Assembly: GCA_950097015.1 (NCBI GenBank)
Contig: CATNEN010000038.1
Span: 6,634,001-6,698,000 of the forward strand
Direction: 5' to 3'
DNA length: 64,000 nucleotides
Source of the DNA: Macrostomum hystrix
Taxonomy: Eukaryota; Animalia; Platyhelminthes
Positions 13,362 through 25,989 of the stretch are shown piece after piece. Both the position numbers and the translations under genes were made by a program. The first letter of the stretch is position 1, and each line of letters starts with the position of its first letter. Below the pieces are notes generated by a model. It was not told where the DNA came from, did not search any database, and saw nothing but the letters and a program-made list of their open reading frames with translations.

Positions 13362-13555
13362 CAAGGACCACTGGAAGAAGAAGGACGAGATACCTCGTTT
13401 CTTGGAAAATTTATTGAAGGCTGCCTTTCACGGAAAAATCTACTGGCAAGATAGGAACTTTTCTCGTTTTTCACTGCATTTTTCGTAAATGAGTCTTTAA
13501 TATTCGTACATTTTCCAAGAAACGAGTTGTCTCTTCCTTCATCTCGTGGTCCTTG
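13362..13555. mobile_element. MITE with ~55-bp TIRs beginning CAAGG and an 8-bp TSD (P- or hAT-like)
   Basis: CAAGGACCAC...CTCGTTTCTTGGAAAAT versus ATTTTCCAAGAAACGAG...GTGGTCCTTG; flanks GACAGAAT (13354-13361) and AACAGAAT (13556-13563). Confidence 0.75.
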
Positions 13556-13939
13556 AACAGAATATAGCAAGTCGTGACCATAGACATTCTAGGCGTGCAA
13601 CAACCTGCCTTGACCAAAAAATGCCCCTCCAAATTGTTACAAAGACCACAATTATGTAAAAAGGACGTTATTCTTACGAAACGGCGCTTACTTACGAACA
13701 AAGTGAGGCAAGTATTTTTCGAGCCTCGAATTTTACAACTTTTTGGCTCGTAGCTGGCATTTAGCAGCGGAAATGAGATATCGTATCGCATGGAAAATAC
13801 ATTTTATAGATAGAATCAAGGGTAAATTTTCAATATATGTTCTACAGTCTCTAGAGGTCGTCAAAATTTAACGACGCTAACGACGACGCGTCGAGCAATT
13901 CACCAACAGGTTGAGTGCCTCCATTGTAGAAGCGGCTCC

Positions 13940-16900
13940 TCAGTAAGAGTTTCCGCAGGAAGATAGCTTCGACCTGATTGACAACGGGGATTCGAAGTGC
14001 GGCAGCTCGCTTGGCAACAGCGGCCGCAGCTTGGAGTCAATGTGCATCACGACAGTCGAATAGATGAATTGGTACTGAGCCAGGTTTTGCACCATGCCCT
14101 CCCGGTCGCGGCGCATACTGGTTACCGTTTTGAAAATGTCTAGAACAGCCTATAAAATTATGAAAAGGTAAAGCAATGACATTGTGTTCTTAATAATAAT
14201 AATAATTGCAGGAGGGCTGCGAGCAATGGCTAATCATTCGGTGACACTAGACCCGCAGCCAGCGCGGAGGCAATTCTGCCAATTTCGCTGACTCCTGAGC
14301 ACACACGCACACAGATACGTACGCAGGCACACATTCACACAGGTGTGTACATCTGCTCTGACTTTCTAATCGTCATGCAGTGTACACTTCACTGTGCCTT
14401 GGAGGTTGGCCCTCGAGGGCATAAATTGCACGACAAGCCCTCAAGCCTTCTGTCCACGACTGCGCCCCAAATAAATGTGGCCTCGCCGCAAAATCGAACT
14501 TAGGGACCGTGGTGCGAGAGGCAAACGCGTTAACCGCTCTGCCACCGACTCCCAGCATTTTGTTGTCAGCCTGGTTAAATTAGCTTCGGGGGTCCGGAAA
14601 ATAATGTTGGTTTTACTTTTACACCAAAGTTTCGTGTCGCATAGATCTGCTAACAGCTAGCATTCTGCTCAGTGGCTATAATCGATATTTTTAGATCAAT
14701 ACTAGAAATTAAGTTTTTAGAAGACACTTGCTGCTTTTAAACGACACCAAACTTGTGTAAATTCGACTTACCAAACGTCCGCAATAAGCAAACTGACATT
14801 ATCATATAGACTCGTTTTTTAATGCATTTTTAATGAAGCTGTTAAGTCACGATAAATTGCCATAGATTATGAGCGAGAAATTCACAGTTTTTATTAATTT
14901 TATTAACTTAACTGTTTTTATTATTTATTAATGTTTCTATTATTATTTTATTAATTTTTATTAATGCAACAAGAACTTTAACAGGAAACAGATCGAGGAT
15001 AGAGCAAAGCAAACGAATACCAAAGTATTTAATTTTCGACAGTTAAGACTTATAAGTACGAGCTATATATTCTTTGTTAGAAGTTGAACGTGCACCCATC
15101 GAAGAGGTAGTTGGCAAACATCGGCTGTTGCACACTTCGCATGTCAACTCGAGCTTGTTGCATAACTGTTGCACTAGTGGTTGCACTCGTAGTCGCCTCG
15201 GTTGGTGGGGCCAAATTGTCACTAACAGCGGTAGCAACCTTCCTGAGGGTTCTGTCACGCTTGCGTGCGAGATAACGTCGAACAGTGGACTCCGATCGTT
15301 GTCCCGTTACCGCCATTATCTCACCCATAGGCATTCCTTTGTCGAAAAGATCCGAAATACGCGTGACGCGTATGAAGTGATTCGTGTACTGCTTGGTGAG
15401 GTTGCAGACACTACTAACGTGCTTCATGAATGCAGCCAACCAATTGACACCGCGCACTTGCGTAGCAGAGAAGCGAATTTGTCCTCCCGAATCGTTAGTC
15501 AGAGGGCGCGGAAAAATGAGGACGAATTCTGCGGTAACAAACTCTGATAATGCAGGATCAACTCCCGCTGAGCGCTGTAGATCCGACTCTGTTTGCGCTG
15601 ATTTCCCTTGCATTTTGTTGGATCGCTACTCTGGTTTTTTGTCTTTAACGGCGGCAACGCAAGATATGGATTCCCATCAGCGTCGACTTCTTCTTGGAGC
15701 GTGCCAACTTGCTTTAGACTTGACAGGTGTTCTTGACCTCTCTCGCCCAGGACATACAGCAGCGTAAATAGTACTTCCTCTTGCAACCGTTCAGCTATAG
15801 AACGGTCAAAATAAGCACGCATTTTCTGTAAATCACCTTCTTCTATTGGCTCGTGCTGATTGACAGTGCCTCCATCAGCATGAAAATGCCGCACCTTTAC
15901 TCGCAGCATCCGGTTGGCAGTGGCGAACTCGTCACTGGAAATAATATTTGTTCGACGCTTCAGCACGAGAGTCAAGTACCTCTGCACTCCAGCACGAATG
16001 CAGACCAACGTAGCTGGCGAATAGCAACTGCCGTCAGATTTTTTTAGACAGAAGTAAAAGAACCTTAGAAATTCGGCCAAGCGACTGTCACTGATCAGGC
16101 TCATATCCACAGCACCATGCTTCTTCAAAAACTCCACGAACATTTTGCCATACAGAAACATGTGTTCTCGTGTAGTGATCGGCAGTGATTCCAGTTCGAC
16201 AACATCCATCGCACTGGGTAAATCAGATAGTTCTGGAAGCTCGACACTAGAAACCGCAGTGGCCTCATCAGCCGTCTCGATTTTAGACAGGTAGTCGATA
16301 AAATCTCCAAGAATTTCATCGGAACTGTGGTTCACGGCACTCAGTTCACTCAGAAAATCTAGTTCAGTAGACGAGACGCCATCTAAACTGTCGACCGGTA
16401 GATTTTTCCAGTTGATAAGAGGCATTTTCAATTAGATTTCTCTCGCTTCTTGCTTCTAGTTCTTAACTTCCTAACAGACTTCATGGTCGAGCTTTTCTTT
16501 TAGAGAACTGTATTCTAAAAAATTGTCTATGGTCCGATTAGACCCTTGACCCTGCTCACTGCCGAGCCAATATCTATGGCACGAAGACACTGCAGCGTTA
16601 CTTAATGGCGTGGCTTAATGGCGTTACATAATGATCAACCGAAAACGCTAGTCTATATGATAGTCGATATGCGCTTATGTCTATGGTTTCCGAATTAAAT
16701 AAGTTAAATAAAATTAAATAAAATTAAATAATTAAATGGCGAAGCCACTCGTGACTGTGATCATTATCCAAGTCTGAAACCATAGACTTAATCTACCATT
16801 AATTTCCGGAGAGGGGTGACTGGCTGGGGCGTCTGTCGCGCTTGACTCTCGCACCAAGGTCCCTGAGCTCGAATCGGCAACGAGGCCAAATTTATTTAAG

Positions 16901-19900
16901 GCGAAGCCCCAGTGACAGTGTACACTGCATGAGGACGGGGCTACTGTCACCCCCTCATATGAGCCAAAAGGTCTACCTTGTCAAGGCCGTGGCGCTCCAC
17001 CAGCTGCACGATCGAGTCGATGGCTATGATACAGCCGGTGCGGCCCAGACCAGCGCTGCAGTGGATCAGAAGCGGCGGCAGCGGGGTCGATATCTGCATG
17101 TGCGATTCCTTGTTGATGTCGTTCGCCTTTTTCAGCAGGTTCAGCACTGTAGTGGTGTCTCGCGGTGCTCCGTGATCTGGCCAGTTGTTGAAGCGCAGCA
17201 ACCGAATCGAGCGGGCAGCATCTATCTGTGCGAGGTTTTCCAGCTCGATCTCCGTGTCCGTGAGCTGGCTCGAACGGTTCTCACAAACGAATCTCACCAG
17301 CATGCGATCGCCTGTGCTCGACTGGAAATCGAAAATAGCCTCGGCTTTGGTTGGCCAGTATCGCTGACACTTTTTAACTCGATTTTCAACCTCTCTGGTA
17401 GCCATGATGATGACTTTGCAGCCCTCTTGCCAAACCATGTACCAGAAGTCGCCCCGTGTTGAGTCCAACGGTCCCTGAGAGGCTATGTACCTGCGATTAT
17501 ATTTGGTGTGCCCCAAGAGAATAATAACAGTAACTGCATATGACATTTGAAAAATAAATGAGATGCACGAGGATTTGGTTTAGAGGATCGCGCATCTGAG
17601 GGGGAGCCACCGAGGACGTTTTGGGGCGTCACCTGGGTTTGAGGGCGTGCCATCGGGGATTTGAGGGGGCGTCATCAGGGATTTGGGGGGCGTCATCAGG
17701 GATTTGGGGGGCGTCATCAGGGATTTGGGTGCGTCATCAGGGATTTGGGGGGCGTAACATATTAGTGGCGGCCTGTCGGTGAATTTTGTGGGAGTCGCTG
17801 CGGGTTTGTGGGGCGTTGGTCATTTGATCAGGGAACGCAAAGATGAGGGCCCCTCGCTCCACCCCTGGTTTGGTCATTTGTTATTAATAAATCACAGGTA
17901 AGGCCCAAGCACACCTGAATGGTCTATCTGGATCGCCGGGGTCATCAACCTGAATCCAGCTGGCATTGATGTAGGCCCCCTGATCACCCAGCTCAACGCG
18001 GGTGCTGTCGAATGGCAGGACATTTTTGTAGCGATTCTTGCCAGCATTCTGAGGCAGTAGGGCCACACTTTTCATGTCATTTGACGCCTTTGGCAACTGC
18101 AACGGGTTTTGTAGAATTTTCATGGTCAGATTTATACTACTGTTGTTAAGTATTATAGACGGGCGTTACAGAATCCAGAAATTTAGCTAGCTTTTTCGAA
18201 TTAGAGCATTCACTAAACTGCATTTTCTGTTTCTTCACATTCTTCACATTTCAGGAAATGTGCTGTAGTGTTTAGCCTTCTCGTCAACACGCTGAAGACC
18301 GAGGTGCTGATCGTGCCGACCGACATTCCAACGGAGCTGACATGCCGCGGCGAAGACGGGCAGACGACCACGCTCGCACGTTGCCAGCGGTTCGCCTACC
18401 TCGGCGGTCTGGTGCCCCACGTGGAGGTGGACATCTGGCGACGCAGAGGACTCGCCTGGGCGGCTTACCGGTCGGTATGCGCCGTCCTCCAGTCCAAAGC
18501 GCTGCCCGACCGTCAGAGGGCAGGCGGTGGTTGAGACCGTCCTGTTGTACAATGTCTAGACGTGGACCCTGACGTCTGCTACTAGAGCGGTTCGGTGCTG
18601 TTCCACGCTTCCTTTCAAGCTGGCGAGAGCGTTGGGACCAAGGCCCTGTACGAGAGAGCCCAGCTTCAACGTCCGTACATCATGCTGCGCCGGCGGTGTC
18701 TTTAACTGGCGGGCTACGTGATCAGGGCCGAGAGCTACTGCCCCGAGCCTCTTCAAGACGTTCTGCTGCTTACCTTGCAGGGCCCGATCAGGCGGGGCCA
18801 AGCCCGGACCCTGAGATACGTGGACTACATCCTGAGCGACGCCAGAGCGCCCGACATCGCTAACAGACCGGAGTTCGTCCGATCGCTGGCAATGCGGCGC
18901 GCCATCTGACACGGCCCCCACTTTTGACGCTGAACTCTGCGACTAGCGGGCCGTGTAGCTTGTTGTTGTTTTTGTTGTTTTTCCTGCTGGGACTCGTGCC
19001 TGTACTTTAGTTTTTTTTGTTGGCCGTTGTTCTGGCCGGTTTGGTTGACTCGGCCTCTCTCACCCTTCTCCCCCGTCTCTGCTATGTTTGCCCTGAGCCG
19101 CCACCTGATTGGCTGGGCGCGGGCGTTGCCTCTCAACCACGTGAAAGTTCAGCCGTAACGACGACCCGAGAATTAAGATACATGTTCCGCTTTCGTCTTT
19201 CGCAAATTGGGTCCAGTATCGCGACATTAGTCACCAGGGCCTGCGCGTTCGTGCGACCCCGGTTGCCAGTCGATTGCCAGCACGTTCAGTGTGACAGTTG
19301 CTGGCAAGTAGGAGGACTGGAGTATCGAATCGATCTGCTCGTAAGGAGCGCGAGGCAAGACAAGCTGGTCTCTCGGGACACAACAGTGCTGTTTAGGAAA
19401 TGCGCAGCTCAGGGAATGTGCACTTTAGGGAATGTGCACTTTAGGGAATGTGCACTTTAGGGAATGTGCAGTTCAGGAAACGCGCAGCTCAGGGAATGTG
19501 CATTTCAGTGAATGTGCACTTTATGTTACGTGCATTTTAGCACTAGAAAATTGCTAAATGGGAAATAAGGACCAAAAGATAAACTTCAACAGCTGAAGTA
19601 TCAAAAGCGGTTTCACTTGGTCGCAATTGAGAAGCAATCTCGCCTCACCATTAGAATATTGCTAAACTCTTCTTTGATGCCGTTGCGGGGGAGCAGCTCG
19701 TTCTCAACTCGTTGCCCAGCAACCCGGGCCACGAAGGCGGTGCTGACAAGCGGCTGTTTGAGAGGATAACGCCTTTGATTCGTGTCTGTCAGGCTGCGAC
19801 TTCGGTAGAAATTCACTAGCTCGGCAATGCTGGAAAATGCCTTGTAGGAGTCAATAAAATAGCTCCTGTCCAAGGCTATTCGGCGAACTTGGATTCGGAA

Positions 19901-22900
19901 ACAAGCCACCTGCGAATTTGAGGACGGAGGCAGAGCGACAGTGATAAACTGACGAATTGTGGCGTTTCCGGCTGTGTTTTTGGAAGTTTATTTTGTTGCA
20001 CAATCACCTGTTGCACAATGTTTATAAGATAGGAGATAATAATTAAACCAACTGCGGTTCCAACTGCGCTGAACATAAATTTGTTTGAATTTGCAGGAAT
20101 GTACGCTCGTAGCATATTCTGAATCTTTCATCAAAGAGTTCTACCCTTCGTTGTATGGCAGTTTAGTAAGCCACTTAGCATCACTGACTGAGATAGCATC
20201 TGACGTGACCACCGCTGTGCTATTTTAATTTGTTACCTGGACCATCGTGCGACAAGAAAGTTCCATCTATGTCATTTAGCAGCATATTCTTAACTTGAAA
20301 GGCCTCGAAACTAAATTTCCTTTTTTAAGATTCGCTCTGTGAGATCATTCACCAGTTCGCTCCTTCCTCCATCAGCTCCACTCTCTCCTCCATAAGCCCC
20401 GCTCTCCTCTCCATCAGCTCCACTCTCTCCTCCATCAGCTCCGCTCTCCTCTCCATCAGCTCCACTCTCTCCTCCATCAGCTCCGCTCTCCTCTCCATCA
20501 GCTCCACTCTCTCCTCCATCAGCTCCGCTCTCCTCTCCATCAGCTCCGCTCTCCTCTCCATCAGCTCCGCTCTCCTCTCCATCAGCTCCGCTCTCCTCTC
20601 CATCAGCTTCGCTCTCTCCTCCATCTCTCCTCGATCAGCTCCACTCTCTCCTCCATCAGCTCCGCTCTCTCCTCCATCAGCTCCACTCTCTCCTCCATCA
20701 GCTCCACTCTCTCCTCCATCAGCTCCACTCTCTCCTCCATCAGCTCCGCTCCTTCCTCCATCAGCTCCACTCTCTCCTCCATCAGCTCCGCTCTCTCCTC
20801 CATCAGCTCCACTCTCTCCTCCATCAGCTCCGCTCTCTCCTCCATCAGCTCCGTTCTCTCCTCCATCAGCTCCGCTCTCCTCTCCATCAGCTCTACTCTC
20901 TCCTCCATCAGCTCCACTCTCTCCTCCATCAGCTCCGCTCTCTCCTCCATCAGCTCCGTTCTCTCCTCCATCAGCTCCGCTCTCCTCTCCATCAGCTCTA
21001 CTCTCTCCTCCATCAGCTCCGTTCTCTCCTCCATCAGCTCGGCTCCCTCCTCCATCAGCTCCGTTCTCTCCTCCATCAGCTCGGCTCCCTCCTCCATCAG
21101 CTCCGTTCTCTCCTCCATCAGCTCCGCTCCCTCCTCCATCAGCTCCGCTCCTTCCTCCATCAGCTCGGCTCCCTCCTCCATCAGCTCCGTTCTCTCCTCC
21201 ATCAGCTCCGCTCCCTCCTCCATCAGCTCCGCTCCCTCCTCCATCAGCTCCGCTCCTTCCTCCATCAGCTCCGCTCCCTCCTCCATCAGCTCCGCTCCTT
21301 CCTCCATCAGCTCGGCTCCCTCCTCCATCAGCTCCGTTCTCTCCTCCATCAGCTCCGCTCCCTCCTCGATCAGCTCCGTTCTCTCCTACATCAGCTCCGT
21401 TCTCTCCTCCATCAACTCGGCTCCCTCCTCCATCAGCTCCGTTCTCTCCTCCATCAGCTCGGCTCCCTCCTCCATCAGCTCCGTTCTCTCCTCCATCAGC
21501 TCCGCTCCCTCCTCCATCAGCTCCGTTCTCTCCTCCATCAGCTCCGCTCCCTACTCCATCAGCTCCACTCCTTCCTCCATCAGCTCCGCTTCCTCCCCCT
21601 CAGCTTACCTGGTTGTCCTCGCCGATAATGCACAGCGCCATCGGAGCGTCGAACTGTCGCCTGGGATAAATCAGGAACGTTCCTATTGGCTGATGAGCTA
21701 TGAGCTCTCTTGCTTGACTAGAACTGATGCCCGGATGAAACCAGCTCTGGTGCGGCGGTAGGTTGTCCATGCCGCTTGTGCAATGCCACTTAGGCCTGAC
21801 TGATAGGTGGTTGGAGAAGTGAAGCTCGAGGCGGTCGCCCTCCAAGAAGTGGATCAGTTCCAGGCTCGTTTGAAAATGGTAGCTAAAAAACGTTTGCAGA
21901 TTCTCCGATTTGAGATCCGCATCTGCTCTCACTGCTCCTAATTAACCTAATTATAGGGCTTGCCTCTCATCTGTTATCAAACCATGGGGTTGCCTCTCAT
22001 CTGTTATCTAACCATGGGGTTGCCTCTCATCTGTTATCTAACCATGGGGTTGCCTCTCATCTGTTATCTAACCATGGGGTTGCCTCTCATCTGTTATCTA
22101 AGCATGGGGTTGCCTCTCATCTGTTATCTAAGCATGGGGTTGCCTCTCATCTGTTATCTAACCATGGGGTTGCCTCTCTTCTGTTATTTAACCATGGGGT
22201 TGCCTCTCTTCTGATATTTAACCATGGGGTTGCCTCTCTTCTTTTATTTAACCATGGGGTTGCCTCTCATCTTTTATCTAAGCATGGGGTTGCCTCTCTT
22301 CTGTTATTTAACCATGGGCTTGCCTCTCTTCTGTTATCTAACCATGGGGTTGCCTCTCTTCTGTTATCTAACGAAAGGGTTGCCTGTATTCTGTTATCTA
22401 ACCATGGGGTTGCCTCTCTTCTGTTATCTGTTATTCTGTTAGCTATCAAATAAACGATAACAATATCAAAAGGTGCAGCCCCTGGTAGCAACTGTCCTTT
22501 GTCTCACTTTGTGCAGTCGTGCATATAGAGCTTGTCGAATGTGTTGGAAAGTACTTTAATGTAAAGTATGACGCCGTTGACTAAAATCGCGAGTATGTGC
22601 TCCAGCCGTGCAGCCTGGTCCCTGGGACAGCGGGGCAGAAGGGCGAACATGCCTTCTTCGACCAGACACAGGCTTCTGGGCTCAACCAGGCTACCGTGGA
22701 ATGGGCTGCAGAGAAAATAAACTGACAATATTAACCGCCTGAAATTCGCTTTAAACCTCCGAAAACGTCGTCAACCTCATAAAACGTGCGTTCTCAGCAT
22801 CATGAAACAGGTGTTCTCAGCATCATGAAACAGGTGTTCTCAGCATCATGAAACAGGTGTTCTCAGCATCATGAAACAGGTGTTCTCAACCTCATAAAAC

Positions 22901-23010
22901 GTGCGTTCTCAGCATCATGAAACAGGTGTTCTCAGCATCATGAAACATCATGAAATATCACCAACTTACCAGGGGCACTCACTGTGCAGGCTGTTCGAGT
23001 TAAATGGCAT
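13940..23010 (-). CDS. PTPN11: SH2-SH2-PTP tyrosine phosphatase, divergent SHP2/SHP1 (PTPN11/PTPN6/corkscrew) family
   Basis: Exons ~23010-22970, 22705-22508, ~21935-21609, 19909-19649, 18096-17915, 17490-16977, 14149-13940. Motifs KNRYKNVLPFD, YINAS, YIASQGP, KCQRYWP, WPDHGAP, HCSAGLGRTG, MVQNLAQYQFIY. The linker PLKQPL...RVENEL...GIKEEF matches the SHP2 type. SH2 hallmark WFHPGIS is present. The exon 2/3 junction phase is unresolved. The symbol denotes family, not proven orthology. Confidence 0.85.
14193..14556 (-). mobile_element. Near full-length SINE family 1 copy (~360 bp) with (ATT)n tail
   Basis: Reverse complement of the 9745/33800 element; head at ~14550, (AAT)5 on + strand at 14193-14206. 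Confidence 0.8.
14800..16662 (-). mobile_element. Crypton-type tyrosine recombinase transposon in the last intron of the phosphatase gene
   Basis: A 13-bp perfect inverted repeat, TATCATATAGACT (14800-14812) / AGTCTATATGATA (16650-16662), brackets a YR gene. True termini may lie slightly outside. Confidence 0.7.
15077..16431 (-). CDS. Crypton tyrosine recombinase (DUF3504/KCTD1-ZMYM-like), one frameshift at ~15512-15516
   Basis: ORFs 16431-15499 and 15613-15077 join if one T is added to the T5 run (SSF-FPRPL). Core-binding motif FLRFFYFCLKKSDGSCYSPATL; catalytic R (GERGQE), K (KTKNQ), HxxR (TNHFIR), TGQRS (usually GH) and Y (VRRY). Confidence 0.85.
16815..16940 (+). mobile_element. SINE family 1 partial copy
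   Basis: CTCGCACCAAGGTCCCTGAGCTCGAAT...GACAGTGTACACTGC is shared with the other copies. Confidence 0.65.
17625..17755. repeat. Short minisatellite, ~22-bp GGGGCGTCATCAGGGATTTGGG
   Basis: Visible tandem copies in a phosphatase intron. Confidence 0.85.
18255..18980 (+). mobile_element. 5'-truncated non-LTR retrotransposon (RT C-terminus), frameshifted, with (TGT)n tail
   Basis: NTLKTEVL...FAYLGG...DIWRRRGLAWAAY...GPIRRGQARTLRYVDYI are typical LINE RT thumb/C-terminal motifs; the tail is TGTTGTTGTT. A related fragment lies at 54598-54686. Confidence 0.75.
19395..19535. repeat. 16-bp minisatellite GGGAATGTGCACTTTA
   Basis: Visible tandem copies. Confidence 0.85.
20358..21592. repeat. 21-bp minisatellite CTCCATCAGCTCCGCTCTCTC
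   Basis: Tandem array in a phosphatase intron; it generates spurious (MEERAEL)n ORFs. Confidence 0.95.
21956..22430. repeat. 30-bp minisatellite GGGGTTGCCTCTCATCTGTTATCTAACCAT
   Basis: About 16 tandem copies. Confidence 0.95.
22790..22950. repeat. 23-bp minisatellite TTCTCAGCATCATGAAACAGGTG
   Basis: Tandem copies in the first coding intron of the phosphatase. Confidence 0.9.
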
Positions 23011-23418
23011 CTTAACTGTCTAGAGCGAATTTCAAAAAGTGAAATGCTTCGAAAACGAATAGCTTGGATGACTTTAAACCAGATTTGCACGCAAAGCTGA
23101 ACTCGGTAAATGCTTGACGAGAGATTTCATATACAGTTGAATTGAGATAAACACAAGTTTCACCTGCCAATGCTTCACTCTTGCCTTAGATATTTTGATT
23201 AAATGAAATAGCATTGTGAAATGGCTTTCACATTGCCAGCTAAAATTTCTCTATATTTTAATGGGCTAACAAGATGTGTTCGTTTTGTTTATTGCTGAAT
23301 ATATATAGATCGAATATTTCATTATTCTTCATTAAAATTTTACTTCATTTCCTAATATTCTATACAAGCATATAATCCTACTAAAAAGTAGAGTAGCACG
23401 ATGAAATCAGTAGAATAT

Positions 23419-23880
23419 TAGATTGTAGGGTGAGACTGTTCGAATATAGGGTGAGACTGTTAGAATGTAGGGTGAGACTGTTAGAATGTAGGGTGAGACT
23501 GTTCGAATATAGGGTGAGACTGTTCGAATATAGAGTGAGACTGTTAGAATGTAGGGTGAGACTTTTAGATTGTAGGGTGAGACTGTTCGATTGTATGGTG
23601 AGACTGTTAGATAGTAGGGTGAGACTGTTAGATAGTAGGGTGAGACTGTTAGAATGTAGGGTGAGACTGTTCGATTGTATGGTGAGACTGTTAGATAGTA
23701 GGGTGAGACTGTTAGATAGTAGGGTGAGACTGTTAGATAGTAGGGTGAGACTGTTAGATAGTAGGGTGAGACTTTTAGATAGTAGGGTGAGACTGTTAGA
23801 TAGTAGGGTGAGACTGTTAGGTAGTAGGGTGAGACTGTTAGATAGTAGGGTGAGACTGTTAGATAGTAGGGTGAGACTGT
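23419..23880. repeat. 21-bp minisatellite TAGGGTGAGACTGTTAGATAG
   Basis: About 22 tandem copies. Confidence 0.95.
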
Positions 23881-24439
23881 CTCATCTCTCCCCTGTCTCA
23901 TCTCTCCCATGTCTTATCTCTCCACTGCCTCATCTCCCCCCCTGTCTCATCTCTCCCTGAATTTATTAAAATCAGTTTATTTTAGGAGGTAGACAAAAGC
24001 TGAAGCATCCACCCATCAATTAACCTCGGAGTTGGCGGGTATATTTATTGAGCCTTGGAATCTATCTACCTATTAGATGCTTCTCTCTACCTTAAATCAA
24101 TCTTGCGCGCTAACTAAAGTACAAAAGTATCTTGACTGACTGTCAGACAAAGCAGATTTCAGTTTCCCGCAAGTGACGCCTGTGTTGGCACAAGCCGTGA
24201 TTTATTTTGATTCACTCTTGAGGGTGCAAGGCTCTCAGGTGGCACTGACCAGGCGCCACGAAGGTGTTTCGCTTTGACAAAAAAGCACACCTGCTGGCTA
24301 GAAGCGGCAGGGCATTGGTGGCTGCCGGAAATTTGAAATCGTAGTGCACTTTTGCGTAGGACATGTGTAGGACAAATTTGGACAGACATTGTCAGATGGT
24401 TATCGATTGCCTGTCACCAGAGGATAGACAGAAAGGGAG

Positions 24440-25446
24440 AAAATAGAGAAAATGGGAAGAGGATGGAGAGAAATGGGAGAGGATAGAGAGAAATGGGAGA
24501 GGATAGAGAGAAATGGGAGAGGATAGAGAGAAAGGGGAGAGGATAGAGAGAAATGGGAGAGGATAGAGAGAAATGGGAGAGGATAGAGAGAAAGGGGAGA
24601 GGATAGAGAGAAAGGGGAGTGGATAGAGAGAAAGGGGAGAGGATAGAGAGAAATGGGAGAGGATAGAGAGAAATGGGAGAGGATAGAGAGAAAGGGGAGA
24701 GGATAGAGAGAAAGGGGAGAGGATAGAGAGAAAGGGGAGTGGATAGAGAGAAAGGGGAGAGGATAGAGAGAAATGGGAGAGGATAGAGAGAAAGGGGAGA
24801 GGATAGAGAGAAAGGGGAGTGGATAGAGAGAAAGGGGAGAGGATAGAGAGAAATGGGAGAGGATAGAGAGAAATGGGAGAGGATAGAGAGAAAGGGGAGA
24901 GGATAGAGAGAAAGGGGAGAGGATAGAGAGAAAGGGGAGTGGATAGAGAGAAAGGGGAGAGGATAGAGAGAAATGGGAGAGGATAGAGAGAAAGGGGAGA
25001 GGATAGAGAGAAAGGGGAGTGGATAGAGAGAAAGGGGAGAGGATAGAGAGAAATGGGAGAGGATAGAGAGAAATGGGAGAGGATAGAGAGAAAGGGGAGA
25101 GGATAGAGAGAAAGGGGAGAGGATAGAGAGAAAGGGGAGTGGATAGAGAGAAAGGGGAGAGGATAGAGAGAAATGGGAGAGGATAGAGAGAAATGGGAGA
25201 GGATAGAGAGAAATGGGAGAGGATAGAGAGAAAGGGGAGAGGATAGAGAGAAAGGGGAGTGGATAGAGAGAAAGGGGAGAGGATAGAGAGAAATGGGAGA
25301 GGATAGAGAGAAATGGGAGAGGATAGAGAGAAATGGGAGAGGATAGAGAGAAAGGGGAGAGGATAGAGAGAAAGGGGAGTGGATAGAGAGAAAGGGGAGA
25401 GGATAGAGAGAAATGGGAGAGGATAGAGAGAAATGGGAGAGGATAG
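24440..25446. repeat. 20-bp purine-rich minisatellite GGATAGAGAGAAA(T/G)GGGAGA
   Basis: About 50 tandem copies with patterned variants. Confidence 0.95.
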
Positions 25447-25989
25447 TTATACGCTCGTTCAGAAAGCCTAAAAACTAAAAGCCTAATGTTAGAGCAAGGT
25501 AGAAAATATTTAAAGCGATATGATTAACAGAGCGAGTGGCAGAGAGAATAGGATAATATTGTGGATGTGTTAAATTAGTCGACTTAACAATAATAAAACA
25601 AAGGCAAACAAAGTAGAGATAATCAGAAAATTACCTATCATAACATTACTTTTTAGAAAAAACCAAGACCGCCATACAAAATAAGCTTTTTTAATAGCAT
25701 TCTTAATTACAATGCTTGACTTCCGTGCTGTAGTGAGTCCTTAGCAACCTTCACTCTGTCTATGCAAAGACAGGGTGCTCCAAATAGACTTTGCCAATAG
25801 TTTTTTAATAGAAATGCAGCAATTAAAGAAACAGAACCCCGTTGCGAGTAGCTTTTTCTATATGTACTTTAAACCGGAACGGATATTAAATAGGTGCATA
25901 CATCACGAAATTTTAGAAGACAGAGACAGAGAAACAGAGAGTGACAGATTGAGTGGGAGACAGAGAGATAGAGAGACAGATTGAGAGAG

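Noticed and set aside
20349-21349. Long (MEERAEL)n coiled-coil-like ORFs
   Set aside because: Translation of a 21-bp intronic minisatellite; the SH2 exons splice in frame across it (21609>19909).
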